A stretch of 64,000 bases of DNA from the IMG/VR virus record IMGVR_UViG_3300010885_020782, positions 32,001 through 96,000 of that record. One strand, written 5' to 3'. The notes under the pieces are model-generated. The model did no database searches, was not told the origin of the DNA, and saw only the letters and a program-made list of their open reading frames with translations. Every line of letters begins with the position of its first letter. The stretch's first letter is position 1. This DNA is from a virus. Below are positions 19,048 through 29,267 of the stretch, one piece after another. The position numbers and the translations under genes were made by a program.

Positions 19048-20091
19048 TTAGACTGTTGGGTCCTGTGATGAAGCAATGATGAAGTCAACAGGTGAATCAG
19101 CGTTATAAGTGATTCCACCAGGAACGTTATAACCTGTTGTAGATGACTGATAAGCAAAACTATTTACAGGTAAATAACCACGCTGGCGAACTGCTGTTCC
19201 AACTGGTGATACTGCTGCTGAAGCAACATCTGTTGCTGTCTTAGCATATGTAAATGTGTTGTTGGTCTTATTAGTAATTAGATAAGTACCATTGAATGTA
19301 GAATCTACACCAGCAACAGTAACGGTCTGGCCAATATCAAAGCCATGCGCTGCTGAAGTAGTAAGAGTTGCTACGTTAGAAGTCAAAGACTTGTTGCTAA
19401 CTGATACTGACTTAGCGTCAAACCAGTCGTAGAAGCCCTTGAGACCTGTTGGAGCCCATGAACCGCGAGCGTATGAGTATGGACGCTGCGCTGCAACTGG
19501 GAACTCCCAACGACCATCTGGACCTGTTCCAAAGAACTGGTTTCCAAGGCCGTAACCTTCAAATGTGTTTGCAAGCATTCCGTTTTCAATTACACGGTCA
19601 CCTGACTGGCGTAACTTGACGTATGGGAATACCCAGTAGAAGTATGGATTTGTTGTTGCACGCTTTCCATCTTTTACTGCAAATGACCAAACTTCTAGAG
19701 CAACACCGTTTCCTGCTGGATTATCGCCAACTGCTGGTGCGGCCCAGCCGACTGACTGATTGTCAGGTGTTCCAAGTGTTCCAAAGTTCTTACGAAGTAG
19801 CAAGCCACCTGAAAGAAGTGATGTTAATTCTGGGTCTGGTTCGCAAATTGCGAGTTCCATTGTGATGCGCTTGAGTGTGTCTGGTGCCTTGTATGAAACG
19901 CAAATTGTTCCATCGGCTGACTTCTCAACAATTTCGTCACCCTCTTCGTATTCTGGGGTAAATGAAGCGCGAAGGAACGCCGAGGTTGTGTAACTGTCAC
20001 CATCGTTAGTGAGTAGGTTACCCGAGGCGTCGAGTCGTGTGACTCGAATCGCCACACCTTGGACGGAAGCCGCGTAGTCCTGAGTGGCCAT
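19048..20091 (-). CDS. major tail (tube) protein with C-terminal accessory domain
   Basis: IRVTRLDASG...YEEGDEIVEKSADG.ICV, Y.YWVFP actinophage tail-tube motifs. Confidence 0.85.
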   Translation of the reverse strand: MATQDYAASVQGVAIRVTRLDASGNLLTNDGDSYTTSAFLRASFTPEYEEGDEIVEKSADGTICVSYKAPDTLKRITMELAICEPDPELTSLLSGGLLLRKNFGTLGTPDNQSVGWAAPAVGDNPAGNGVALEVWSFAVKDGKRATTNPYFYWVFPYVKLRQSGDRVIENGMLANTFEGYGLGNQFFGTGPDGRWEFPVAAQRPYSYARGSWAPTGLKGFYDWFDAKSVSVSNKSLTSNVATLTTSAAHGFDIGQTVTVAGVDSTFNGTYLITNKTNNTFTYAKTATDVASAAVSPVGTAVRQRGYLPVNSFAYQSSTTGYNVPGGITYNADSPVDFIIASSQDPTV

Positions 20092-20116
20092 TCTGTATCT
20101 CCTTAGTTAGTTTTTA

Positions 20117-20998
20117 CTATGCAAGCGCAGGTACTGCTACCCGCACTGCAAAATGGATAGATGGGTCAAAGTAGACCGCAGCAGCACGGACGCCCTTGAT
20201 AATCATGTCATTAATTCTAGCATTTATGCCCTGAGCGAGATTCTCATTTACAATCTCTGACTTACTTAGGTGAACCTCTAATGCTCCTGTAGCAAACATC
20301 CAACGATTTGTAAGCGACGCTGCTGCGTTGGCATTACCTATTGGACCTGCTCCTGTGTATCCAGAACCGATTACTACATCAGTTCCAAGACGAGTCATAA
20401 CTCTTCCAGGCTTTGATTCCGTTCCTGGAATGTAGACAAGTTTTGCTCCAAGAATTGAAGCAACATCTCTTGTCATGTGAATGACTCCAGATGTACCAGT
20501 TGGTGAATCAGCGATGGATTGCTCCAAATGGAACAAAGCATCTGATGCTGAATATGCACCTGCAACTGGAATAGTTGATGCCCCTGTTTTACTTAAAAAT
20601 CTATTTGTATTACTTGCCGCTAGTGCAGCACTTCCAGCCCACAACTCACGCTCTACGGCTTTTTGAGTTGCTGCTTCTAACTTCTTTAGTGCTTCATCAA
20701 AACGGTCTTCCCCAAGAACGCCAAGAGCACTACGAGAAACTTCTGATTCAATAAAGAATGGGTTGTAATCTTCGTAAATTGCCAAACTAGTAGCATCAAA
20801 TAAAGTTCCACCAGAAACGGTGTCATCATTTTCAGTTAATAGTCTTACTGTTGCACGAGAATTAAACTTGTGAGAAAAGCCACGAACCCAGGTCTCGTCG
20901 TTTGCACGAGCCCCGTGTTCAGTCACATTGGCAACGCTCAAGAGTCCGCAAGGAGCAGGGACTAATTTAGGGGCCTCAAAGACTCCATCAAATGCCAT
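20117..20998 (-). CDS. second capsid-like protein (candidate pentamer/minor capsid protein)
   Basis: 293 aa directly after the major capsid gene, with capsid-like L...TQKAVERELWAG. Assignment is by position and resemblance to cluster-B-like actinophage layouts. Confidence 0.55.
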   Translation of the reverse strand: MAFDGVFEAPKLVPAPCGLLSVANVTEHGARANDETWVRGFSHKFNSRATVRLLTENDDTVSGGTLFDATSLAIYEDYNPFFIESEVSRSALGVLGEDRFDEALKKLEAATQKAVERELWAGSAALAASNTNRFLSKTGASTIPVAGAYSASDALFHLEQSIADSPTGTSGVIHMTRDVASILGAKLVYIPGTESKPGRVMTRLGTDVVIGSGYTGAGPIGNANAAASLTNRWMFATGALEVHLSKSEIVNENLAQGINARINDMIIKGVRAAAVYFDPSIHFAVRVAVPALA

Positions 20999-21061
20999 AT
21001 TTCTACTCCTTCAACTCTTGAGCGTTACCTAGTGAATTAATTTTTAACTATCGGGTACGGT

Positions 21062-23131
21062 TTAGTACTCAACAGCCGCAGCAGTTGCTCCACCAGTTGT
21101 GTCGCGGAGGGCAGCAGCCACACCGTTAACAGAGATGGTAGATGTAATGGCGAGAGACTCGACACCAACAAATGCGATGTTTTCGAATGTTTCAACGAAC
21201 ATCTTGTAGTCGTTAGTTCCGACTAGAGATGAATCGCGGATGATTCCGAGGTCAAGAGTACCGCCATCAAGGAACAAGAATGAACCTTCTGCGAATAGGT
21301 ACCATGTGAATGAATCTGCGAACTCGACAAGTGCGCCTGTGCTCTGTGCACCAAAGACTGTTGCGTCAAGAGCGGTAGTTAGGTTAACTCCGCGAGCCTT
21401 AACGTAGCCATTGATTTCTGACTGAGCAACAGCAAGACTGCTGTCACCAGGCATATTGAGAGTAAGGTCTGCTTGCATTGCGTCAAGAACCCAGCCAGGG
21501 ATGATTGCACGAAGTGGTGCATCAGTCTCTAGACGGTGACGTGAACGGTAAGCAGCAGCAGCGCGGCCAATCTGGACGAGGAAGTCACGACCAAAGCCGA
21601 TAAGGCTTGTAGTTGTAACTGCTGTTGAAGCAGTACCAATCTTTGAAAGAAGGTTCTGCTCTGCTTCACGAGCGTGCTGGATAAGACCCAACTCGTTGTG
21701 ACGAGCGATTAGTTCTGGGTAAGCACGAGTCATCAAGTTACCAAACTGCAACTGTAAAGTTACAGCATCTGTTGCAACAGTGTTTTCCTGTGCAGCAGAA
21801 ACAGTAAGTGATGTCTTGGTGTCTGTGCCAGGAGTAATATCCTTAGCGTTTGTCCAGATTCCTACAGCGTCTCCATATGATGAAAGAACTGGTGGTGTTA
21901 CGAAGCGGATACCGCCACGGTCAGCCTGGAATGTTGGAAGTGAATCGCGTACTGGACGTGCAGTGGTACCAAGACCAAAGATGTCGTACTTGATTGTGTA
22001 TGGTGCTGCGTGACCACCTGAAGCAACAAGTGCTTCTGGGCCAGTTACAGCCTGGATTTTTGCCCAGTTAGATTCAGCATCCTGAGTAAGGGTGCGTGAT
22101 TCTGGGAATGAAGTAGTGACAGATGCAACAATGTGCTGCTCTCCATCTCCACCGTTTACACGACGTAGGCCGTGTAGGCGCTTTGACATTGCTTCCGCAA
22201 CAGCGCTCATGTCGTTCATTGGGCTGCCGGCTGTATATCCAGGAATATCTGCGCCCGCTGTGATTGCCACAGGTGCGGCAGAAGACTGGGAGATAAGACG
22301 ACGGTCAGCCGGGACCTCAATGTTGAGGTTGTCTGCATTTTCGGCAGCGGCGGTCACAGGTGCCTCCATAGTTTCTTGAACCAAAGTTGGTTCACTTGCT
22401 TCTGATTTGGTTGATGCTTCTGAACCATCAACTGCGTCTGCAACTGCTGCGTCTGCTGCTGCATCATCTGATGCTGCTGCTTCCTCTGCTGTTGCTTCTG
22501 CTGCTGGTGCTTCTTCTGCTACTGGAGCGGCAACTTCTGCTGCTACTTCAGTGGTTGCTTCAGCAACGGGCGCTGCTTCTGCGTTTTCAGTCGAGAACTC
22601 TAAGTTCTTCTCTGCATTAGTTGATGATGATTCGGTCATGGAATATTCCTTCTTGTCCTTTTTCTCCGTGTCTTCTTCAGCAGGAGTTTCTTTTGCTTCT
22701 TCTTCGGGAGTTCCTTCTTCAACAACAGGAGCATCAGCAACAGGTGCTTCTTCTTCCATTGGTGCAGCAGCAACTTCTTCTTTAGGCATTTCTTCTACTG
22801 GAGCAGCAGGTGCTTCTGCATCTGCTGGTGCGGCATCAGGATTTTCTTCATCCATTGACTTATCCGCTGCTTCGCCATCTTGTCCGTGTACGCGGTTAGC
22901 GGCCTCGGCTGCTCGCTGTGCGAGTTCTTTGGCCGCAGTTTCGCGGCGCATGACTTCGTTTCTAACTCCGTCAAGCATATCGGCAAGCGACGTCATCGCG
23001 TCAACTGTTGCAAGAGAAGGTTCTTCTTTCTCAACCGTTTCAAACTCTTTGATGATTGAACTCTGTAGTTCGCTGACTTGTGAGTCATCGAGGTCTGAGA
23101 GTTGGTCCATCATTGTTTTGATTTGGTCCAT
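21062..23131 (-). CDS. major capsid protein with long acidic N-terminal scaffold (delta-like) region
   Basis: About 250 aa A/E/P-rich acidic N-terminus, then ALVASGG...YDIFG...RPVRDSLPTFQADRGGIRF and FLFLDGGTLDLGIIRDS.L..TNDY..FVETFE. Confidence 0.88.
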   Translation of the reverse strand: MDQIKTMMDQLSDLDDSQVSELQSSIIKEFETVEKEEPSLATVDAMTSLADMLDGVRNEVMRRETAAKELAQRAAEAANRVHGQDGEAADKSMDEENPDAAPADAEAPAAPVEEMPKEEVAAAPMEEEAPVADAPVVEEGTPEEEAKETPAEEDTEKKDKKEYSMTESSSTNAEKNLEFSTENAEAAPVAEATTEVAAEVAAPVAEEAPAAEATAEEAAASDDAAADAAVADAVDGSEASTKSEASEPTLVQETMEAPVTAAAENADNLNIEVPADRRLISQSSAAPVAITAGADIPGYTAGSPMNDMSAVAEAMSKRLHGLRRVNGGDGEQHIVASVTTSFPESRTLTQDAESNWAKIQAVTGPEALVASGGHAAPYTIKYDIFGLGTTARPVRDSLPTFQADRGGIRFVTPPVLSSYGDAVGIWTNAKDITPGTDTKTSLTVSAAQENTVATDAVTLQLQFGNLMTRAYPELIARHNELGLIQHAREAEQNLLSKIGTASTAVTTTSLIGFGRDFLVQIGRAAAAYRSRHRLETDAPLRAIIPGWVLDAMQADLTLNMPGDSSLAVAQSEINGYVKARGVNLTTALDATVFGAQSTGALVEFADSFTWYLFAEGSFLFLDGGTLDLGIIRDSSLVGTNDYKMFVETFENIAFVGVESLAITSTISVNGVAAALRDTTGGATAAAVEY

Positions 23132-23134
23132 ACT

Positions 23135-23236
23135 GTCCCTCCTCTGGGCCAGTCACGACAGGCTAATAATTCCTGTCTCGCTGTCAGTCGAGGCCGAGGG
23201 ACTCCAATACGCAATAAATGCGTGGAGGCACTCCAC
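23135..23236 (-). promoter_or_regulatory. structured 5' leader of major capsid gene pairing with its Shine-Dalgarno
   Basis: mRNA GUCCCUC-GGCC can pair with GGCC-(5 nt)-GAGGGAC, which includes the SD. Internal GACAGG/CCUGUC hairpin and two upstream hairpins. Confidence 0.5.
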
Positions 23237-23301
23237 CTAGTACTGAATATTACATTAGTTTTATTAGTGTGATTTTTGGTTTTGTACGATTTTTATAGAA
23301 C

Positions 23302-26300
23302 TTAGGTAAGTAAGCGAAGGAGTTTTGACATCTGGCTAGAAATCTCTCCCTGGTTGAAATAGTCCCCACCAGACATAAAAGTCTTTAGCCCTTGCGTAGC
23401 CTCAGCCGCGTCCTTATCACCAATTTTGTCTTTTACACGGGAAATCATATCTCGCATAAGGTCTTGTAGTACGGGTGGGACATCAGAAAAACGAATTTTT
23501 TGAGCATCTTTTCCAAAGGCAAAAGGTAAGTTTGCAATGGTCTTGCCAAGCATTCCAGCCGTAATTCGAACGTTTTCTAAAGATTGAGCATTTAGTGCCC
23601 CAGAGTCAAGACGGTCAACCATGCCAAGAAGTTCGCCAGCAGCCTTAGCAGATGCTAGATAATCACCAGTGTCACCTAGTTGTTCTATTTTCTCAATTTT
23701 GGCAAGGGCTTCAGCAGAACCATTTGGTCCTAAGTCAGCCTTAAGTCTTGCCAGCACAGTGCGGAATTTTCCTGAAGTATCTCTAGGCTGAGTCTTTCCA
23801 GGAACATACTTTCCACCAACCTTGCGCTCTACTTGACGCTTAGCCTTAAGTTCTTGTTTTAGAGCCTTAAGTTCTTCATCTGAGAGGTCTTTAATATCTT
23901 TATCAGTAATTTTAACTACTGGCTTTTCAACTCCAACAGGTGCAGGGGTTGCTGGTTGAGTAGGAACTTCTGCTTCTGGTGCTGCCGCAGTAATTGGTCC
24001 GCCAACTACCCAGGCATCGCAGGTGCGAGATGATGCACACTTAAAATCAAATGCTTCGCAGTATCCAAGTTCTGCTGTATCAATTGCATCCCAAGCATTT
24101 GCCTTACTTGAATCTCCTGCTTCTAAACCAGCAGAGATACAGTCCAACATTTTTGGTGTACGGATAAACATTACACAGTTTCCACATACAGATTTTTTAG
24201 CCTCTTGAATATCTACAGACCAACGAGTTGCTTTGGCTTGCCAAAACTTATCATTAGGTTCTTGTGGATTAAGAGGACCATAGCCACCATTGTCAATTGC
24301 CTTTTGGCGATTGGCTAAGTTGATAGAAATATCTCCCGTTGCAGGAGGGCAAGCGTCAGCAGAATCTGCTGATACTGGTGCCTGACCCCCCTCAACGAAA
24401 GGGAGTTCTTTAACATCTCCTGATGCTAAAACTGCTTCTACAATTGCAATTCTTTCACGCAAACTTGCAGTTACAGTAGTGTCTGATGCTTCTTTCCATG
24501 CTTCAGGAATAATATCTTTGCGGTCTAGAGCGCGAGCCATTTTAACAATATGGCGACGAACTAGTCCACGCTTTCCTGGCTTAGCGCGGCCAAAAGCGTG
24601 AATTGCATTACGCAAATCGCTTTCGTTACGAATAGGGAAAGAGCCATCCTTAAGTGCCTTTCCTTCTTCAGCCAATTTAATACGTTCACGACGTGGGATT
24701 ATTGCTAACTCAGTTGTGTCGTCGTCCAGCATCTGAGTCATGTAAAAAGAATCTGCATCCTTGATACTTTTAAAACGCTTTGAAAGTTCTCCTGCTTTTA
24801 CAGCAGCAGTCATTGATTCCATACGAGCCTTTGCATCATTAGCAGCAGCAACTAGTGGTTCAGTTGTTACTGACTCAACGCGGTCTAGGCGAGCCTGAAT
24901 ATCTGCAAGAGGGTCATGCTTTAGTTGAGCAAGAACACTTGCACCTGCTGCAACAAGAGCCATTACCTGGCCTGATGCAACGCGAGCGCGAGCAATTGGG
25001 AATCCTGGAACGTTTACTTGGCAAACAGCAACAAGTTCAAGACCACCCTTAATTGGACGCCAATCACCTGATGGTGCTGATGCACGAAGTGAACGAATCT
25101 GTTCTGGAGTTGTCCCTGGGCGTAGTGCACCAGAAACATAAATTCCGTATGCGTCTTCACCTGCATGAACATCTGCAATTGCTGAAGCAGTGTCGTCATA
25201 GTGACGAACAGCCTCTGATGCTGATGCTTCAAGTGAAGCGTGTCCACCAGCAAGAGTTAGTTGACCAACAGGCACATCGGCGCCTTCTTCAGTCTTTACA
25301 ACTCCTGTATGGAAGTAGGCGTAGTTGCTACGACTACGAGGTGGCTTTGTTCCAAAAGCCATTCCAATGTGGTCAACGTGCCATGCGGCAATGTGACCAT
25401 AAACTTTTCCATCATCAGTTACTGTCAGAGCAGTTGGCTTTGTCAACTTAGGGTTGTCGAACCACTCTTTTGGTGGAGTTACTGGAATCATTCCAGCAAC
25501 TAGTCCACAAGCGACAAGTGCTGATGCGTCGAGAGGGTTTACACCTTCGACATATACACCGTCAGATAGCATTGCTTTTTCCTCCTGCTCTGGGGCCTTT
25601 GCTTCAGCAATCTTAATGGTGCATTCCTGAAACGCTGGCTTTGGGACAATAGTTACAGCCATAACTCTTGCCTTTGTTATCTTCATTTTACCTGCTCCGA
25701 CCTTGGTGTCAGCGCCAGGTTCTGAAGCATTTGTTTCTTCATCTGCTTCAAAATTATCCATATCAGCGGATACGCCACGGATAAACCCACCGCGAACTAG
25801 TCTTTCCGCTTCTTTTCCGTGCTCTCCAGTATCAAACCAGCCACGAGCATTTCCAATACCGTTTTCTGTTCTTTCCATCTCGGTAATCTTGCCCACAACA
25901 ACTGACCCAGAATGTCCCTCGCCAGTAGCAATTTGCCACATCAAAGGAAGAGGAAGTTCACGCATTGTGATTACTCCACTATCAAATTTACGTCCATCTC
26001 CAGACTCAACTCCTTCTGGAATCACTAGAGGAATAAAGAATGGTGCGCCTTTTTCCCCAGTAGGAGCAGACTCTGTCTGCTGTGCACGCCATTCGGCAGA
26101 TGCAATAACTGAATCCTTTGAAATGATAAAGTCATTGCTATACAAGCGTTTTCCACTTGCAGTGACTTTATCAATTTGACGATGTTCTTTATCGCCAGTC
26201 CACATACCTGTTGCTTCGTGATGACGAAGAGCACAATAGCCTTTAGCACGAGGACCCATGTATTTAGAAAGTTGACGAACGCAGCGTGTCCAGTCTCCTG

Positions 26301-28974
26301 GAGTATTCCAACGAATCTTTGCTGCACCTTTTCCGTGTAGCCAATAGTCACGAAGGTCTTCTGCATTACCACGGTTCTTATCAATACCGCCCGCAGCCAT
26401 CATTGAAACAATTGCTGAAGCAGTTGCTGCTTCTGGACCATCAATCTGTCCCAAAACATCTGCCAAAGTTGGGTTATCTAAAACAACAACTGGTGGTGGT
26501 GTAGGGCTGTTTAGGTCATTAAGAATTGCTTCATCCTTAACCCATTTACTTTCTTTACGCTTAAAAGTTGTAGGAACTTCTGATTGAGAATTTTTTGGAA
26601 CAAGAGCAATAAGGTCCATTACAGCCTGTGCATCATCTGGTGCAACAATAGCCATATAGACAGGTGGAACATCAGAAGTATCTGGAGTAAGTTCAACGTT
26701 TTCTCCAGATGCAATAATTGCTGAAGCAGTCTTTGGCTTATCAACAATAGTTCCAGAAGAAGTCATCATCTTGCCAGCAGGAACTACAACACCTTTACGT
26801 CCATAGTAGACAGTTCCATCAGCAGCCTTATACTCTCTAATTCCGTCATAATTTTTGTCATATTTTTCTTTAGAAGTTCCAAGTTCACCAGTATCTCTAA
26901 GAGCACCATAAGACTCTCCTGGTTTAACTACAGCACCAGCATACTTATATCCTTCTTTAGGAATTTCTACATAGACACCCTTGATAGGGGTTCCTTCTTT
27001 ATCTGTTTCAACAGGATTTCCGTTAATCATTGCTGTATAAATTGGAGCCTGTGGTGTACCAGTTTGAACTACTCCATTAGGAAGTGTCTTACTTGTAGAT
27101 ACAGTCTTTGCTGGAGCGGCAGGCTGAGCAGTTGGCTTAGAAAAACCTTTTGCTGGTTGCTGATATGCAGGACTAGTCATAGAAGGCATTGCTTCTTTGT
27201 TTTTAATAAAATTGCCAACACTAGATGTCTTATCTTTATATGCCTCAACTGAATTTGGATTAATACCAGCAAGGTCAGGGCGATACCAGATAGCGTTTGG
27301 ATAACTTACTTCACCTGTAGGAGAAACAACTTTCTTTTCAAGAAAGTTTCTTAGCAATGGATTGTTATAAGCATTAGGTGTCTGATAAGCATTTTTTGCA
27401 GTAAGTGGTGCAGGAGGAGTTGCTGGAGCCTGAGTCCCCGCTTTAAGACTTGCAGCACGCTCTCCACCAACAAAATTAGGGTAGTCAGCAACAACGGTAG
27501 ATGTTTGCTGAGGTGTCATAGAAGACATACGCTCTGGAAGACGAGCACCTGCTTTATCGGCAGGAGGTTTTGTTTCGCCAAGAATATTACGAGTTAATGC
27601 TTTTGCTTGCTCTGGAGTTGGAGCAGATGCTTCTGGTGCTTCTACAAATCCTTCGGCTTCTTGAGTAAGGTTTCCTGGAACATCAACAGTTACGCCATTA
27701 TCTAATTCAACTCTGACAGTCTGAGTATCAGCATTCATTCCAACAATCTTGCCTGTGTATTTAGACTTTCCACCAATAACAACTTGTGAACCAGCCTTAG
27801 CAAACATACCTAGTTTGTTGCGAACCTGTCCGCTAGCGTTCTGTGAGCGTTCTGCTGGGGTATATTTTCCATCGCCTTTTTGAATATCTCCAGTAGGTGC
27901 ATCCCCTTGTGTAGGAGCAGCAACTGGTGCGCCAACAGCAAACATAGCCTCTTCATACTCTGGGTCATCGCCCATAGATAGACGATAAATTTCTTCCCAG
28001 TCAATATCATCTACTGCTTCTGATACAAGCCCTGACTCTTCAGGATTTACTTGAGTGACACCAACATACTTATATGGGTCAACATCAAACATTCCAGAGA
28101 TTGCAATAGCAGATTCAATATCTACAGGAACGTGCATCTTTTCTACAACATCTGAAGCGTCATCTAATGATTTGTCGTATGTGAGGAAGTCATGGTTAAG
28201 GTTTCCAAGGTCTTCCCACATTCCGTCATCCCAAACAGCAACTTCTCCTGTTGGTTCACACTTATAAAGACGGTCAATACCTGTACCATCTAAACGAATA
28301 CGAATAAAAAATTCTGGAGCAAGTTCTGCTGGTAAAGTGCGAGCAAGTTCAAAAGCATTTAATTCTACTGCTGTAGGGTCATTCTGCTCGGACATGATGT
28401 ATCGGTATGAAGCAGTAATAGAGTTTGATTGCGCTTTTTTGTTTTCACGTTCAACAATTGCTGATGCCCAGCGTTTTGCGGCATCCCCGCCCCAAAGAGC
28501 CCAGGCAATACGACCATTAGATGGATAAGACTTCTGACCTGGCTTGTAACCAGTGCCTTTCTTATCCACTTCGTGGCGTGGGAAATATTTTGCAATATGA
28601 CGAATCTTTTTAATGCCAATCTGTCCACCCTTAGCAAGAGTGCGAGCAGTATTCATACCAACTGGTGTGCCACCGCGGTGATGTTCTTTATGCCAATCTA
28701 AAGCACGCTGTGCTTCAGCCTTAACAGCATCTGGAATCGTATACATACGGTCATTGCTTGAGAAGACTTTAATATCTAAATCTGTTGTTGCAGATAATGC
28801 TAGTTCGTAAGGCACTGAGTCAGGCTTATCTTGGTGCCCTTCTGGAACGAATGAAGCCAGCACTGTAGAAGCAGTGCTTATGTTAGATACAAGATTCTGT
28901 TTTTCGTTAACAAAAACAGCCGTGTTATCAATTACAAATAGAACTTCATCGCCTTTGCGACCTACGAACTTCAT
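23302..28974 (-). CDS. capsid maturation protease within an 1890-aa multidomain head protein
   Basis: Protease core IPEGVESGDGR...GHSGSVVVG...IRGVSAD (His/Ser) at about 25620-26045, plus several small head-associated modules. Confidence 0.8.
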   Translation of the reverse strand: MKFVGRKGDEVLFVIDNTAVFVNEKQNLVSNISTASTVLASFVPEGHQDKPDSVPYELALSATTDLDIKVFSSNDRMYTIPDAVKAEAQRALDWHKEHHRGGTPVGMNTARTLAKGGQIGIKKIRHIAKYFPRHEVDKKGTGYKPGQKSYPSNGRIAWALWGGDAAKRWASAIVERENKKAQSNSITASYRYIMSEQNDPTAVELNAFELARTLPAELAPEFFIRIRLDGTGIDRLYKCEPTGEVAVWDDGMWEDLGNLNHDFLTYDKSLDDASDVVEKMHVPVDIESAIAISGMFDVDPYKYVGVTQVNPEESGLVSEAVDDIDWEEIYRLSMGDDPEYEEAMFAVGAPVAAPTQGDAPTGDIQKGDGKYTPAERSQNASGQVRNKLGMFAKAGSQVVIGGKSKYTGKIVGMNADTQTVRVELDNGVTVDVPGNLTQEAEGFVEAPEASAPTPEQAKALTRNILGETKPPADKAGARLPERMSSMTPQQTSTVVADYPNFVGGERAASLKAGTQAPATPPAPLTAKNAYQTPNAYNNPLLRNFLEKKVVSPTGEVSYPNAIWYRPDLAGINPNSVEAYKDKTSSVGNFIKNKEAMPSMTSPAYQQPAKGFSKPTAQPAAPAKTVSTSKTLPNGVVQTGTPQAPIYTAMINGNPVETDKEGTPIKGVYVEIPKEGYKYAGAVVKPGESYGALRDTGELGTSKEKYDKNYDGIREYKAADGTVYYGRKGVVVPAGKMMTSSGTIVDKPKTASAIIASGENVELTPDTSDVPPVYMAIVAPDDAQAVMDLIALVPKNSQSEVPTTFKRKESKWVKDEAILNDLNSPTPPPVVVLDNPTLADVLGQIDGPEAATASAIVSMMAAGGIDKNRGNAEDLRDYWLHGKGAAKIRWNTPGDWTRCVRQLSKYMGPRAKGYCALRHHEATGMWTGDKEHRQIDKVTASGKRLYSNDFIISKDSVIASAEWRAQQTESAPTGEKGAPFFIPLVIPEGVESGDGRKFDSGVITMRELPLPLMWQIATGEGHSGSVVVGKITEMERTENGIGNARGWFDTGEHGKEAERLVRGGFIRGVSADMDNFEADEETNASEPGADTKVGAGKMKITKARVMAVTIVPKPAFQECTIKIAEAKAPEQEEKAMLSDGVYVEGVNPLDASALVACGLVAGMIPVTPPKEWFDNPKLTKPTALTVTDDGKVYGHIAAWHVDHIGMAFGTKPPRSRSNYAYFHTGVVKTEEGADVPVGQLTLAGGHASLEASASEAVRHYDDTASAIADVHAGEDAYGIYVSGALRPGTTPEQIRSLRASAPSGDWRPIKGGLELVAVCQVNVPGFPIARARVASGQVMALVAAGASVLAQLKHDPLADIQARLDRVESVTTEPLVAAANDAKARMESMTAAVKAGELSKRFKSIKDADSFYMTQMLDDDTTELAIIPRRERIKLAEEGKALKDGSFPIRNESDLRNAIHAFGRAKPGKRGLVRRHIVKMARALDRKDIIPEAWKEASDTTVTASLRERIAIVEAVLASGDVKELPFVEGGQAPVSADSADACPPATGDISINLANRQKAIDNGGYGPLNPQEPNDKFWQAKATRWSVDIQEAKKSVCGNCVMFIRTPKMLDCISAGLEAGDSSKANAWDAIDTAELGYCEAFDFKCASSRTCDAWVVGGPITAAAPEAEVPTQPATPAPVGVEKPVVKITDKDIKDLSDEELKALKQELKAKRQVERKVGGKYVPGKTQPRDTSGKFRTVLARLKADLGPNGSAEALAKIEKIEQLGDTGDYLASAKAAGELLGMVDRLDSGALNAQSLENVRITAGMLGKTIANLPFAFGKDAQKIRFSDVPPVLQDLMRDMISRVKDKIGDKDAAEATQGLKTFMSGGDYFNQGEISSQMSKLLRLLT

Positions 28975-28976
28975 TT

Positions 28977-29267
28977 TTAACCTACCTTATATTCTTTTAT
29001 GTATTCTTTTAAAGCATCAATGCCAATGGCATCTCCAGCCTTTTCCGATTCGTCATAAACAGAAATAAACTTTGAATCTATAAAATAAATTTCGTCATTT
29101 TCATCTTCTTCTGGAGTCGGTCCTGTCATCTCATTCCAGTTACCGTCTTCACGATAAAAAAGACCTTCGTCAGACCTATAGAAAATAGTGACAACTTCAT
29201 CTAGTTCAGGGTCCAACTGAGCCCATAGTGAATCTACATATTGTGGTTTGTCAGGTGTAAACGCCAT
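28977..29267 (-). CDS. small acidic hypothetical protein
   Basis: Clean ORF, translationally coupled (TAATG) to the upstream ORF. Confidence 0.65.
   Translation of the reverse strand: MAFTPDKPQYVDSLWAQLDPELDEVVTIFYRSDEGLFYREDGNWNEMTGPTPEEDENDEIYFIDSKFISVYDESEKAGDAIGIDALKEYIKEYKVG

Noticed and set aside
22407-23240. 277-aa plus-strand ORF and the other long antisense ORFs across 1-42 kb
   Set aside because: These are shadow frames of biased-codon or low-complexity minus-strand genes, with no RBS or recognisable motifs.
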